Source: Massalongia carnosa (taxonomy: Eukaryota). From it: a stretch of DNA of 64,000 nt. Shown piece by piece: positions 1 through 12,799 of the stretch. The notes beneath the pieces were generated by a model. That model was not told the origin of the DNA, did no database searches, and saw nothing but the letters and a program-made list of their open reading frames with translations. Numbering within the stretch: position 1 is the first letter of the stretch; the number at the start of each line of letters is the position of its first letter. The stretch spans positions 372,001 to 436,000 of the forward strand of contig OZ287087.1 of NCBI GenBank assembly GCA_965645245.1, read 5' to 3'. The position numbers were made by a program, and so were the translations under genes.

Positions 1-367
1 GCTGGGCGGTGGGTTGATGATGATGGTCACTGATCTGCTGACGGAGGCTGGCGATGGTGGCTCGAGAGGCGATGTTCTCGTTATTAGAGGTCTGCAACTG
101 GCTACGGATATTATTATGCTCAGCTTCCAGAAAGTCATACTGATTTGATTTTTCCGTTAGAAAGCCCTGAAGGGTCGCTGATCGGTTGGCGGACTGAATG
201 GCCTGATGATACCATTCATGAGGGAATTTTTGGACCGATTGACTCCAGGCCTCAATAGATGCAACATGAGGGGCGAGAGAATCCTCGTCATCGAAGCTTG
301 GGGGGGAAAGGCCAGGACTTGATTCGGAACGGGGCGTGGCTATCTTGGACGAGGAACTGGAAGCCAT
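1..367 (-). CDS. N-terminal part of probable LTR-retrotransposon Gag (runs off window edge)
   Basis: Open frame from ATG at 367 (MASSSSSKIATPRSESSPGLSPP...coiled-coil-like...HHHQPTAQ) to window start, 65 bp inside an LTR-like unit. Confidence 0.5.
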   Translation of the reverse strand, partial: MASSSSSKIATPRSESSPGLSPPSFDDEDSLAPHVASIEAWSQSVQKFPHEWYHQAIQSANRSATLQGFLTEKSNQYDFLEAEHNNIRSQLQTSNNENIASRATIASLRQQISDHHHQPTAQ

Positions 368-431
368 ACTAAAGAGGTGAATGAGAAACGAGGAACGGAG
401 CACCACCTGAACACGGGTGAGGTGTTCGTAA

Positions 432-713
432 TGTGACGAGGCGGCAACGGGGGGGCCTATTCAGGTGGTGAAGGTGGTGGCATTGCTAGCTATGACTATA
501 CTAGATAGACAAGACGAACACAAGGAAGAAAGCATCAATTGCTGCAGAGATTTTCCATGTAACTCCCGGAACCCATTTCCTTACCTGAATGCGGTTAGCT
601 CCCCACTAAGGCTAACGCGATACCTAAAACATTTAGCGTGTCGGGAGGTATCGCTTAGCAGAGCATCTCGCGCTCACACCATGACAATTTCGACCTTATA
701 GAACAACGTCACA
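432..713 (-). mobile_element. LTR (probable 5' LTR of a minus-strand LTR retrotransposon)
   Basis: Termini TGTGACG...CGTCACA (7-bp inverted ends, TG..CA); adjacent gag-like ORF. Confidence 0.6.
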
Positions 714-1597
714 ACTTTATTGTTTTCATGTTTGTAACGTCGTCGTCGCTTGATATGATCATGATCAATGTATTTTTGATTTTTTCGTTATAAATTTCAA
801 TCTTTATTTATGTTTATAACGTGCAGAGCAATTTTACATACATCTTGTTATTTTCGTTAAGTCGATTCTTGATTTCTATGCGAAGTGCAATCAGATTGCC
901 CCACATGAACTTTACAACGAACAGGAATTTCAGGAAACTTTCTATACAAATTCTACTTGAATTCTTTCGAAGAAATAGCCCGTGTCAAGCAAAAAAGCAA
1001 GACGTCAAAATGTCGAAAAATCGCAATAATACACGATTTATTACGAATATCTGACCGTAATATTTAGTTTTGCGCTCAGACGTGCTATCGCAGCCACGTT
1101 AGTCAGCTGGGACGCTAATCCGAAGGAGCTTAGCGAAATAGGCTAACCCGGAGGGGCTTAGACGGCTCCTAGAGCCCACGCACGTCTGAGGTACTGAGGC
1201 AAAGTATGACTGTGTTCAGCACCGCTGAGTCATCAGGCTTAGTAATAATCAGCCTTATACGGCGGCGCTGTAACACACGGTCATACATACCTTTATTATT
1301 ACATAGCCATATAGCCATAGTCATATACCTATTTCAATAGGTTATGAGCCCGGAAGGGTGCTATCGATTTAAACGAATCGAAGCTTTTAATCCGCCAGCA
1401 TCGCAGTGCAATCAGCTAAGCATCGTTCCTATTCAATGAATCGTAGACACATGACTAAAATCTTTCTGTGTCTTTAGAAACGATCCCTCAAATCACATCA
1501 ATCAGTTCTCTCTTCTGTACACAGCGATTTCTTGTCAGAAGCACAAAAACTGCGTGTTAGAAAGAGCATGAACACATTGATCGTACTACACCGAAGC

Positions 1598-2344
1598 CCT
1601 CGGACACCAAAGAGCTTGCTAAGCTCGATGGTCGAAGGCACTCAAGTCCTCGGACACCAAAGAGCTTGCTAAGCTCGATGGTCGAAGGCACTCAAGTCCT
1701 CGGACACCAAAGAGCTTGCTAAGCTCGATGGTCGAAGGCACTCAAGTCCTCGGACACCAAAAGAGCTTGCAATGCTCGATGGTCGAAGGCACTCAAGTCC
1801 TCGGACACCAAAGAGCTTGCTAAGCTCGATGGTCGAAGGCACTCAAGTCCTCGGACACCAGAAGAGCTTGCTATGCTCGATGGTCGAAGGCACTTAAGTC
1901 CTCGGACACCAAAGAGCTTGCTAAGCCCGATGGTCGAAGGCACTCAAGCCTCGGACACCAAAGAGCTTGCTAAGCTCGATGGTCGAAGGCACTCAAGCCT
2001 CGGACACCAAAGAGCTTGCTAAGCTCGATGGTCGAAGGCACCCAAGTCCTTGGACACCAGAAGAGCTTGCTAAACTCGATGGTCGAAGGCACTCAAGTCC
2101 TCGGACACCAAAGAGCTTGCTAAGCTCGATGGTCGAAGGCACTCAAGTCCTCGGACACCAAAAGAGCTTGCTATGCTCGATGGTCGAAGGCACCCAAGTC
2201 CTCGGACACCAAAGAGCTCGCTAAGCTCGATGGTCGAAGGCACTCAAGTCCTCGGACACCAAAAGAGCTTGCTATGCTCGATGGTCGAAGGCACCCAAGT
2301 CCTCGGACACCAAAAGAGCTCGCTAAGCTCGATGGTCGAAGGCA
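1598..2344. repeat. Tandem array, 15 copies of a 49-51 bp hairpin-forming unit in the copia-A leader
   Basis: Unit CCTCGGACACCAAAGAGCTTGCTAAGCTCGATGGTCGAAGGCACTCAAGT; starts at 1598,1648,1698,1748,1799,1849,1900,1949,1998,2048,2099,2149,2200,2250,2301; degenerate copy about 2448-2491. Confidence 0.97.
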
Positions 2345-5300
2345 AAAAAAGTATATTGCTGGCCCTGAGCGCCCCATTGGTTCAAAAATCATCAAAGCGT
2401 CAGTTTCACCCGCGGTTGAGTTCTGGACACGCAAAAAATACAAAATCCCTCGGCCATCAAAGAGCTTAGTAAACTCATTGATCGAAGGCACAAAGACCTT
2501 TCTTTTTGGCAATTATGCCTTCTTAAGGCACTAGATGAGATTGTGCGGCAGTTGCCTATTATTATTTAACCGGCCTAAGGCCGGTTAAATCAAATTGGAA
2601 TAACCCTGCGCTCAATTTGTTTTTGGTCAATTGGACCCTTGAAAAAGCCGAAGTTGAAATTCTCATCATGGCAAACAAGCATGTTAAGCAAACGGGTTTC
2701 TCTGTTGAGACATCAGAGTGGGCACTGGCTAAGGAGGGACTGTTTTTTCCTTGTCTATAAGAAAGGTCACAGATCCACATTCTTTCAGTCACTACTAAGT
2801 TTCTCGCCTTGTTCAATTGCTCCCCATTCTCCCATTATGTCTATCATAGATACGTCACATCTTTTGGAGAAAGCCGAAAGATATTCGGCATGGGCAAGCT
2901 ATACGAAGGGCATTCTGCTCAAGAACAACTGCGAAGGAGCCATTCTGGAGAATCAATCAGAAATCACCGCTGAAACCATCAAGGAAGGTTTAATACAAGC
3001 AGGCTTCGACGCCAAAGGTCTTTCAGTCAGCATCTTGGTAAAAGAACTGCGTGACTAGAAGAATAGACAGAAGGCCGAGATGACCAAGGCTATAGGAATC
3101 ATTCACGGATTAGTTGCGGAGTGCCATTACAGCCTCATCGACAACAAGAATGCGGCAGAAATGTGGAAAATCCTGAAGGATAGATTCCAAGATATAGCAC
3201 CAATGAGCATCAGCGACATCATTCTGAAGGTTAGTTCCAAGAAGATGACCGACTTCGAGACGACCAGTCTATACTGTGCATATTACGAGAGCGCTTTAAA
3301 CAAGATTAAAGGAATGCTGGACGACAAGGCCAAAGTGGATGTGCATACCGTGGAGTTTATGCTTAAGGGAATGATGCTGGGTAACACCAGACGTCTATTC
3401 CCCATTGATAGCCCAACTTCGACGAGATTGAACATACGAAACCACAAACCTGTCGGAAGCAATGAAGATCATTATTGCTTATTATGTCAACATGAAAATC
3501 ACAAAGGCACTTCATATCAGCACACCTGACTCAAGAAGGTCGAGCCCCATCAGGGAACTGCACCTTCTCTTAATATGTCAAGAGAAAGAACACTCGTCAT
3601 TGGCTAGATACCTGTTTGCAGAAGTTTCCACGGTTAAAAAGACATAGAAGTTCGCTCGAATCCGGAAGAGCAAAGAAACAAAAGACTACCTCGTTAGAAA
3701 CGAAGGGCGGACTTATCTCATACATCAACCAACATTCCAACGACCATTGACACTCCAGATTTGAGGATGCATTTGAGCAAAGTGGACGAGGACACCTATC
3801 AAGGACTGGACGTCATTATCTGTCAAATCAAAACTCACTACATGGCATGGAAGGCTTGGGCATCTCAACATAGCGACGTGTCGAAAATATCTGAAAACGC
3901 TAGACATAACGTACGATGACGATATCAACCACGGTTGGTTTTGCCATGCATGCGAAATGGGAAAAGCCAACAAGATATACAACCGAACACGGCAAGAGAA
4001 GGCCACAGAGCTCTTTCAAAAGATAAACTCTGACCTAGTGGGACCAATCAAGCCATTAGGACTTCTTGAAGAACTTAACTTCTTCACTTTCACCTGTGAT
4101 GCTAGCAGATACACTCATGTCTATACCGGACACAAGAAGAGTGAATGGTTTGATCACTTGTTGACATACTACAGCATGGCTCAAAACAAATCCGGAAAGG
4201 CTAAACTCATAAGCAGTTTTCGCACTGACTTCGGCACGGAGCTTCGCAGTCACAAGTCAGACGTTTGGTCCTTGGAACAAGGCATAACGTTTGAGACAGC
4301 TGCTCCATACTTTCAAGAGGAAAACGGAGTCGCGGAACGAATGGGCAGAACCATCATGGACATGACAAGATGCAGTGTCATTGCCGGAGACATTCCAGAC
4401 TACTTGTGGGCAGAAGTGGTTCTAGCCATGGTTCACACCAAGAACGTCAGACCAGCCAACGCCTTAGCAGGTAAAACCCGTATGAGATCTTCGAGAAGAA
4501 GTCACCTAAGCTGGATCACCTGAGACTTCTCGGATCTGCAGTCTATGCATTAATTCACGAAAAGCGAAAAGGAATAAATAGCAAGGCTGCTAAATTTTCT
4601 CCGAGGGCTCAGAAAGGAATCCTGTGTGGATATGACAGAAGCACCCTCTATCGCGTCTTTATGGAAAAAGACTACAAGGTCATCAGGGTCAAGGACTTAC
4701 GAATTCATGAAGACACCACATTCAAAGATGGGATCGATCTACCCACGTACGACTCAACATATCATCAAGCAATGAACTCCAAATACGCAAACGAATGGAG
4801 TCAGTCTGGGTAATGGATGAGATCAAAAGTCTGCTGGAGAATAACACCTGGGATACATTACCTATCGAGTCCATGGATCCCGGACATATAGTCTTAAGTG
4901 GCAAATGAGTATTCAAGCTGAAACGGGACGTAAATGAAAAGATCGTTCGCTTTAAAGCCAGATGGGTTGTCAAAGGATATCTACAACAATACTGAGTAGA
5001 TTTCGATCAAACCTTTGCATCTGTGGTCAAACAATGGCTTTTCGCTTGCTATTCGCGTTAGCTGCTCATCACTATCTGGACATCGAGCAACTGGATATAG
5101 TGACAGCTTTTCTGAACGGTCTCATTGATCAACTCATCTATGTCCACATGCCGAAAGGATATGACACAGCTGGCATGGTGTGTAGGTTGAACAAAGCCCT
5201 GTACGGTTTGAACAGTCTCCGCGTCCCTGGTATGAACGACTGTCAGCTTTTCTATTGAGCAAATTAGGATTGGAGAAACTCCACGCAGATCATAACATTT

Positions 5301-6287
5301 TCGTCACACCTCAAGAGATAAAAGGACACATTATTACCTCTTTCGTTGACAATTTGAACATCATAGGCCCAAAGGGTTCCCCGATGATCACCGAAGTCAA
5401 GAAACAGCTCAAGCTAGCTTTCAAGATGGTAGACATGGGAGCAATCAGCTACTATCTAGGCCTTAAAGTCGAACGAGATCGAGTCAACAAAACCATAAAG
5501 CACTCCCATGCAAGAAGGCTGTCTCTTCATCAATGAATTTCAGGCCTCCGACAAGGACATAAAGCAATATCAAACCATGGTCGGATCCATCACGTTCGCA
5601 ATGATAGAAACCAGGCCAGACATAGCTTTCGCAACGTCCGTAATCAGTCGACTATGCAAAGAATCCAGGCAAAACACATATGGAAGCGGCCAAACACATT
5701 CTCAGATACCTTAGCGGTACCAAGAATAGAGACATCACCTTCGACAAATAGCAGCGAAAATCCACCTGGGGTTATATGTTCATGCTGAACAATGGACCAA
5801 TAAGCTGGTGTTCCAAAAGACAAACAACCGTCACATTGTCATCAACCGAAGCAGAGTATATGGCACTCACCTTAGCAGCAAAGGAGGCAACATGGCTACG
5901 TTTACTGATGACCGAACTCGGATTGATGACTTCTGATGACGGATCCCCGACAATAAACGTGTTAAGAGGAGAAGGCACAATTGCATTGAAATGCGACAAT
6001 CAAAGCGCCATAGCACTGGCCAATAACCCCGTATTACACTCCAGGACCAAGCATATCGACATTCAGCACTACTTCATACGAAACGAGGTGCTAGAAGGAA
6101 GAATCGACCTCACCTATGTTCCGACCGAAGACATGATTGCAGATGGACTGACAAAAACCCTCACGCACGTCAAGTTCTTCTCCTTTATCAGACAGCTCAA
6201 CATGGACAAACAGATATGAGAGGTAAAGAAGTTCAACCACGGTTGAATCCACGATGGAAACAAGTACTGGTAGGACTTGAGGGGGGG

Positions 6288-7046
6288 TGTTGAATATCCA
6301 ATTCCTACCAGCACAATGAACACCTATCAGTACAATGAACATAGCACCTACGGCTGCCCTAGATGGACAGATCATCTACGGAAACCGTAGATGCCGCATT
6401 AGGCTTAGTCCCAAGATAAGATAAGATCACCTCGCTTAGAACGGGGTGACTAGTAATAGGAAAAGATTGCTACCTAGTGTCACGGACAAGGTCCAGATAG
6501 GGAGATATACAAGAGTTACTATTTAGAAAGCTAGGTCTAGGGATAGTATACAAGACGTCCGACGAAGAGCTCTAAACACCTGAGAAACCACATAGGTTTT
6601 ATAGCCATGGCTTCCAACTCCCCTATTCTTGACTTGCCCTCATCTCTGTTCCTGTTCTAATTTCCTAACCATGATCGCTTTGACTGTTCCGCCTTTCTCC
6701 ATGCCGAAGCAATCTCTCTCTGCTGGGCAATCCCAGTCGTAGGCTTGGATAGTGGAGACGTTGAGATTGGATTCGGAATATAGGAGTTTGGGAGTGCACT
6801 GAAGGCAGCGGAAGAACGTCTGAACACATGGGGCGAGGTTTCAGGATAGTTCGGAATAACGGGCCACGGTTCTATTCAACATGCAGGGCAGGTTTCACGG
6901 CAAGAGAGCCTGTTAAATACTAACCCGATCAGGAAACGTGGGAGGGTGCGAGGTAATTCCATGACACCTAGCAACTCAACATCACGGTCATACATACCTT
7001 TATTATTACATAGCCATATAGCCATAGTCATATACCTATTTCAACA
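6288..7046 (+). repeat. 3' LTR of copia-A (about 265 bp after removing nested solo LTR)
   Basis: TGTTGAA...TTCAACA ends; follows PPT; 3' end matches 1276-1339. Confidence 0.9.
6478..6966. mobile_element. Solo LTR (family S1) nested in copia-A 3' LTR
   Basis: TGTCACGG...CCATGACA, 5-bp TSD CCTAG (6473-6477, 6967-6971); near-identical inverted copy at 29852-30341. Confidence 0.95.
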
Positions 7047-7119
7047 AGGGCAGCCGTAGGTGCTATGTTCATTGTACTGATAGGTGTTCATTGTGCTAGT
7101 AGGAATTGGATATTCAACA
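7047..7119 (-). repeat. Inverted copy of first 73 bp of copia-A LTR
   Basis: Reverse complement of 6288-6360 with one mismatch. Confidence 0.95.
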
Positions 7120-7209
7120 ACTCTTCTCTGCGTCTTTTAATTGTTTTTCTTCCTGCATCTTTGAAATTCTTAATGATGAGTAATCCAGTAATTAACGTCA
7201 ATTTATATT

Positions 7210-9729
7210 GGGAATCAATACCGGGACACCCCTTTTCACTACCTTGACACCCCATTTCACTACATTAACACCCCCAAGTAAGCTAACCAAATCGGGTATA
7301 AATTTCCCTCGGGCGCAGAAATAACTGGAGAAAACATGCTCGATTTGATGAATTCAGGTGTGTTTTAGACAGTCGTTTGATGCTTTCTCGATGATTGTTT
7401 CATTAAATTGGGCTTCATTTCGTGTTTACATTTGAAAGGCCTAGAGCAAACCCACTCCATCTACTTCAATCGATTGAATAGCTTCACCGGAGGCCACCCC
7501 TTCACCTTGTGACTGCCCTCTGCCCCGTCCTCGCACTCGCCCTCGCCCTCGACCCCGCCCTCGCCCCCGCCCCCGCCCTCGCCTCGGAGGCCCATTCAAC
7601 ACCTCCTCGACATGTTCGAACCCTGATAACTCCCGTTGGGTAGAGTTATCAGCCTCCCGTTGAGCTCTTTCCGATTGTAAACGCATCGCGATTGACGGAC
7701 GCCCTCGGGGTCGGGCTACTACCTCGGGGTCGCGCACCAATAGCAAAGGATCGATGACATTTGGAGGTGGTGATTCGTGGCGATAATAAGCCCGATCAAG
7801 GGGGCGCTGAAACCACCATTTGATATGAATGTCGTCACGCTGAAGCACATTGGGGGCCGGGCCAGAAAGTCGGACCTAATTGCAATAGAATTAGTACGTT
7901 TTCAGGGCTATTTCCTTCAGTTCATCAACTTTCCTGGATTTCATGAGCACATGGTAGCCCCATTGTTGCTCGAAATGCCCCGGTGCATAATGAAATAGGG
8001 GTCGTTTGATCCAAAAGACGTTCGTACTGACTATGCACCTTCAACAATGCAAAAGGCGTGATATAAGCCCTTATATCGCTGTAAAGAGGTCTTCGTAGTC
8101 GGGTAGGAAAGCGCATTTTAGCCTCATCCAGTTCTATCACGTACTCTTGATGCTGATTCTTTAGTAACAAATCAATGTTGTCAACCACCGTTTTGAGATC
8201 ACCGGTAGAAAATCCCAACTGATGTTTCAAGACAGCATGGCCCCCCTCCACCCTAGAGGTAGCAGTATTGTCGAAATGAAGAACTTTGTCGACGAATGCC
8301 TTGACGAATTTTCGTTTATATGGGGCTAGCCATGTGTCTACCAGATACTGCACTTCCGCTGAATGATCATGTGAATAAGCATCATTCAGAGCGTCCCAAT
8401 TGACCTCATATTCCTCTTCAGTCTTTGAATAAACCACCGCATGCCACATGCTTTCGAAGGCCATCCAGTCATCGTCGGAAAGAGCACTGTGTCTAAAAAC
8501 AGGTTTCCAATGCTCCTGAACATTCCTGTGAATATGCCACAAGCATAAAAAATGACGTGTGTCAGGAAACACATTGTAAATAGCGGCCATGAGGCCAATG
8601 TCTCGATCGGTGACTACTACCTTTGGATAGGAAATATTCAGCATTCGATAAAGGGTTTTTAATTGTTAAAGAAACCAAACATAGTCCTCTTTACGTTCTT
8701 GACGAAGAAAGGCAAACCCCACATAAAATGAGGTGTTTAGGGCCGTTGTTCCCATTGTTGATATCAATGGTAATTTGTATCTGTTGGTTTTATAGGTGCA
8801 GTCCATGATTAACACGTCGGGGTTGGTCATGGGTGCTTTGACAGGAATCTTTGCTGAAATAAAGATGTGTTATGCGATCGAGATTGTCTTTAAGATAAAA
8901 CGAATTCCTACTGCAATTTAGTATGTAAAACATTGCATCTTCTCCATACATACCAATGAGGCCGATTTAACTCCTGCATCAACGCCTGAATGGGAGTCAG
9001 TCGTCCTAGTGCCTTGTGTCGAATTTCCGCCTTCACATTGTAAATATCTTGTCGCTTGAAAAGAGGATTATTGTCATTTATATCGTCAGTCTGACCGAGC
9101 CGAAGAGACGAAAGGATTTGACTCGGTTTCATTTGCACCTTCGTTGCGCGCACAATTTCATCAGCTATAGCTGGGGTGATAGCAAGTTTTCTGAGCGATG
9201 GATGAGATCCTTCCACGGTAGCAGAGTGATTGTGGCCTGGATTTCGAATATCGCGAACTATCCATTCATCGTCTTTAGACTTGACCACTACAGAGAAAGG
9301 ACAGTCAATGGTCCTGGAGGTTCCATGTAAGCGTTTCTGTCCTCGAGGCTGACGGTCCTTTCGTCCTCGGTCGCAACAAATATAACATGTGTCTATCAAT
9401 CCAGTGGTCGCACAATTTTTGGTGCGAAGCTGGCAGACAGCATACCCCTCAGGGCCTGCGTGTTTTTGCATGGCGACAAGAAGAAGATTGAGCGATCCAT
9501 ATGTTTCGTTCAGCATGTGGGTGGGAGGGGCAAGATTCATATTGATAGCTGATTTGTTAATGTGCATGCAATGACGAATGGAATGCATGCAGATATGAGT
9601 GCAGAAATTTTCGAAGTTCCAGCTCCGGAACGGATAAACAACCCGATTTGGTTAGCTTACTTGGGGGGTGTTAATGTAGTGAAATTGGGTGTCAAGGTAG
9701 TGAAAAGGGGTGTCCCGGTATTGATTCCC
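7210..9729 (-). mobile_element. Mutator-like (MULE) DNA transposon with frameshifted transposase
   Basis: About 88-bp TIRs starting GGGAATCAATACC (7210-7297, 9641-9729), 8-bp TSD TTTATATT; FAR1-like N-terminus (GYAV..CDRG..CPF..HNH), VVVTDRD, LCLWH, TATSRVEGGH, SWIM-like CTG..GLPCAH across broken ORFs 7441-9540. Confidence 0.95.
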
Positions 9730-9941
9730 TTTATATTCCGGTTAAACAGTGACAGATAATTTGTAAGAGATTAAGATTTTAATAGAATCAATTAAACGAT
9801 TACTAATCAAAGTTATCGAGATTAAGTGATAAAGTTAAAAACAAATCTAAACATGGAGAATATTACTGCGGAGAAAAGCTGATATTGAATTGATGTTATC
9901 CTTGTCGATTGACAAGTCGAATACCCCTGAACTAAAAAGTT

Positions 9942-12461
9942 TCACACCCAATCCTGCTTCAGAACCGACTTCATCTGAGTATACAGCTGGCGATTCTCGC
10001 TCAGCCATCGCATACCTCCTGGAAAGACCACTTTTCGTAGTGCCTTGATGCAAGGCCGTAGTCTCTTGCAGTGAGCCGTAAATGTGCGGTCCACTTCCTT
10101 GTCGAACCTAGCTTCTTCTAGCACCTTGCCTGTTTTGATTTCGGCAAGCTCCATCGTGGGCTTGTAATTCCACGTCTCATACTCTGTTTTGTGTCTTGGT
10201 AAGCTCGGCCCATTCCAATGCGCGCAGATCCAGAACAGCACCCAGAAGAACGACTCCAGATCGTGCATAAAACTGTGATCTTCGTCGCCGTATAGGGTAC
10301 CGATCGCCATAAATACTTTGGTGCCGGTCTTGCTTGGGGCCCCGGAAGCCTTTTGCCGATTCAATCTAATGGCCAGGTCGAGATCAATCAAGAAACCATC
10401 GTCTTCTGCAGAGTTCAGCATGATATTCCCGATAGAGATATCACGGTGGAGGATTTTTGCATCCAGCAGCGACTCGTGTCCTTGGTAAATTAGTCAAAGC
10501 TCGAAATGCCAGACATGTCACTCACCGTTGATGCCTCCAAGCAATCCTGTCAGAACTGCTTTTAACGAACTCGCTTCGTAGATGCTCTTTCCAATATTTC
10601 GCATGATTAACCGGCGATGGACTCGATTGCGTTGCGGCTGAGCATCCTGATTGACGCGCGTGTCTGAACATGACCGTTTGGGAGGCGGCATCGATGTTTG
10701 TAAGTAGCTCGACGATCGCTTTCGTGTGGTTCGACTTACGCTGCTGCTCCTATCCCTGCCGGGAGGCGAACCACTGGACGTGGTTGGACTGGTGACCGAT
10801 TCAGGGAGCATAGGCCGTTGTTGTTGAAAAGGATTCCTCCCGGCGTCAGCGCTGAGCCCCTTCCGCACGTTGAGGCAAACATCGTCCATCTCATCCCCAG
10901 AACGTACGGTCTCGTGGTGATAGTATTGCGCCACGTTCTTGACGCCGGCTTCTGTTGCTTCCTTGAGCAGAAGACCTTCTTCGGGTCGTTCTTCAAATTC
11001 CCACGAATCCTTGATCACAACTCCGCTGTCTCGATCGTGTCCGAGAGAACCAATCCAGCACGTAGTCGCCCGACCCACGACAGCAGCTTGTCGCTTGATA
11101 AGCTTATCCAAGCACAGCCGCTCCGTCCGTCCACACTGCTGAATGAGTATATGCCTTTCACCGTCGTCCTGTATAGTCGAGTCGAACCCCAGTTCTTCCT
11201 CGGACATCCATAAATATCCCAAGAATACCGAAACCAACAACTGTCCGTCCTTGTTCACGTCGAATGGTGTGGATCCTACCACTCCTAGTCGGTCGAGTTC
11301 CCATAACCGCATAACGGAACCGCAGAGGGTAAAGCCCAGGACGAATCGGCGGGTATCTTGCGCAGTGAATATCTCCCGAGCGTATCTCACGAGATCGAGC
11401 CAAGTACTGTTGTAGTTGTCCTCTAGCGGATTACTCTTCAGCTCGCCCGGGATGAGGATGTGAGACCAGTCAAAACTGTTACGGTGACTGTCTTTCCGCT
11501 CCATGTTAGAAGTGTAGGCCAGGCCTACGTCCAATTTTCGCCTGCTAACGGATCCAGGAATCGGCGTGTTTGGGGTGGTCACGCAGCAACGACGCTTCGA
11601 CGGACGGAAGCCCTGTTCTTCTGCGAACAGCACGAACTGGTCGATCTGCCGGCGGAGGAATTGTAGCACCCTTGACTCTTCGCAGCCCTCTGGCCAGTCC
11701 AGCCAGCCAACGCCTGCTGTGAATAGCGGCGAATCCGCGTCTTTACAGTTCTGAAACACAGCTGTCGTCATGTCGTGAAGCTGGGAAACTTGCCCAAAGA
11801 AGGTATTGAAAAAATCGGGGTGGTCTAGTTGCAGATTGTCCTTCACTTCGCCTTTGAGTATAGGGTCAACATCCTTCCTGAGGTCGGACGTGTCTACAAA
11901 GGTGCCCGTAGTGAAATCTACAAAGGTGCCCGTAGTGAAAGTCCGGGGCGTCTGCTGGAAGGAGGTGGTAAAGGGCGGGCCGGACCGAGGAGGGGTTTTG
12001 GGTTCCGCGGCGAGCGTGGGAGCTGTATATGAGGACAAGGCCGAGGTGACTGCGTTATAGACGTTATCCCAGATGAGCTCGTCGTCGTCATTGTTGAGCA
12101 CCGCCTTTAGGAGAGGAACGATCTGTTCGATGTCGACGCTGCCCGAGTTGACCGCCGAACTCAATGTTATCAAATCGCCAAAGAGGTTTCCCTTATCGTT
12201 CTTGGAGGGCAGCGAGCGAGATGCTGGAAGGCTTTGTATGGCCAATATCAGATCAAGCAATAGATTCTGAAGAACTATTGGAGTAAGAGAAGAATCGTGA
12301 GTTCGGGAGACAACGGTACCTTCGCCACTGATATGCTGCAACGCGTCGGAGAGAGGGATGTCTAAAGCATTACACGCCGACGTGAAAGACTTGCGAAACC
12401 CAGTCAGTCCATAGCCGATTGGTTTTATTTGAACAATCTTCGTCCTCGACTCATCTGTCAT
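9942..12461 (-). CDS. Fungal-specific FunK1 (Pkinase_fungal) protein kinase
   Basis: RKLDVG, WSHILIPGELK, RRFVLGFTLCG, GRATTCW, VIKDSW, RVHRRL; intron 10481-10525 (GTGAGT..ACTAAT..AAG) restores GHESLLDAKILHRDISIGNIML; GFLIDLDLA, TGTKVFMA, HDLESFFWV; probable in-frame 45-nt intron near 12275-12320. Confidence 0.92.
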
Positions 12462-12799
12462 GTTGAGAATGTGACGGACAACTCGTTGAATTGTTCATGA
12501 TTAAACACAGCAAGAATATATGTCAAAAAAAATAATTGAGGTTGGCAATAAGATATTGTCAAAGACGGCACTTGACTGACTCTCAGAGACGGGTTACGTG
12601 ACAGTAACAATGATACTTACCATACAAGGACGAATATACGAAACTTCGGCACGCGCGTGCAAAATACGTAATCAATCCCCATTAAATACAGTGCGCCAGA
12701 AGCAAAATTACGTGTATATTACGGTAATTGACCCCCAAATAACCCCCAGGCAAGATGGGGGGTTATTTGGGGGTCATCTCAGTAATTTGCCGATCAAAC

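Larger units (their letters stand above)
1276..7046 (+). mobile_element. Degenerate Ty1/copia retrotransposon (copia-A)
   Basis: Last 64 bp of 5' LTR (1276-1339), PBS GGTTATGAGCCC (1340-1351), broken gag, integrase (H..LGH, CHAC, SDLVGP, RTDFGTE, ENGVAER), RT (KARWV, LDIVTAFL, KALYGL), RNase H (SSTEAEY, DNQSAI, KHIDI, ADGLTK), PPT GAGGGGGGG then 3' LTR 6288-7046; many stops/frameshifts. Confidence 0.93.

Noticed and set aside
1205..1240. Minus-strand CUGAUGA followed by a hairpin
   Set aside because: No GAAA core after the stem
1598..2344. CRISPR-like array
   Set aside because: Units are contiguous with no unique spacers, no cas genes, eukaryotic retroelement context
1719..2534. ORFs across the 50-bp array
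   Set aside because: Unit length not a multiple of three; frames shift each copy
7500..7590. RG-repeat ORF as a separate gene
   Set aside because: C-terminal tail of the MULE transposase, inside its TIRs
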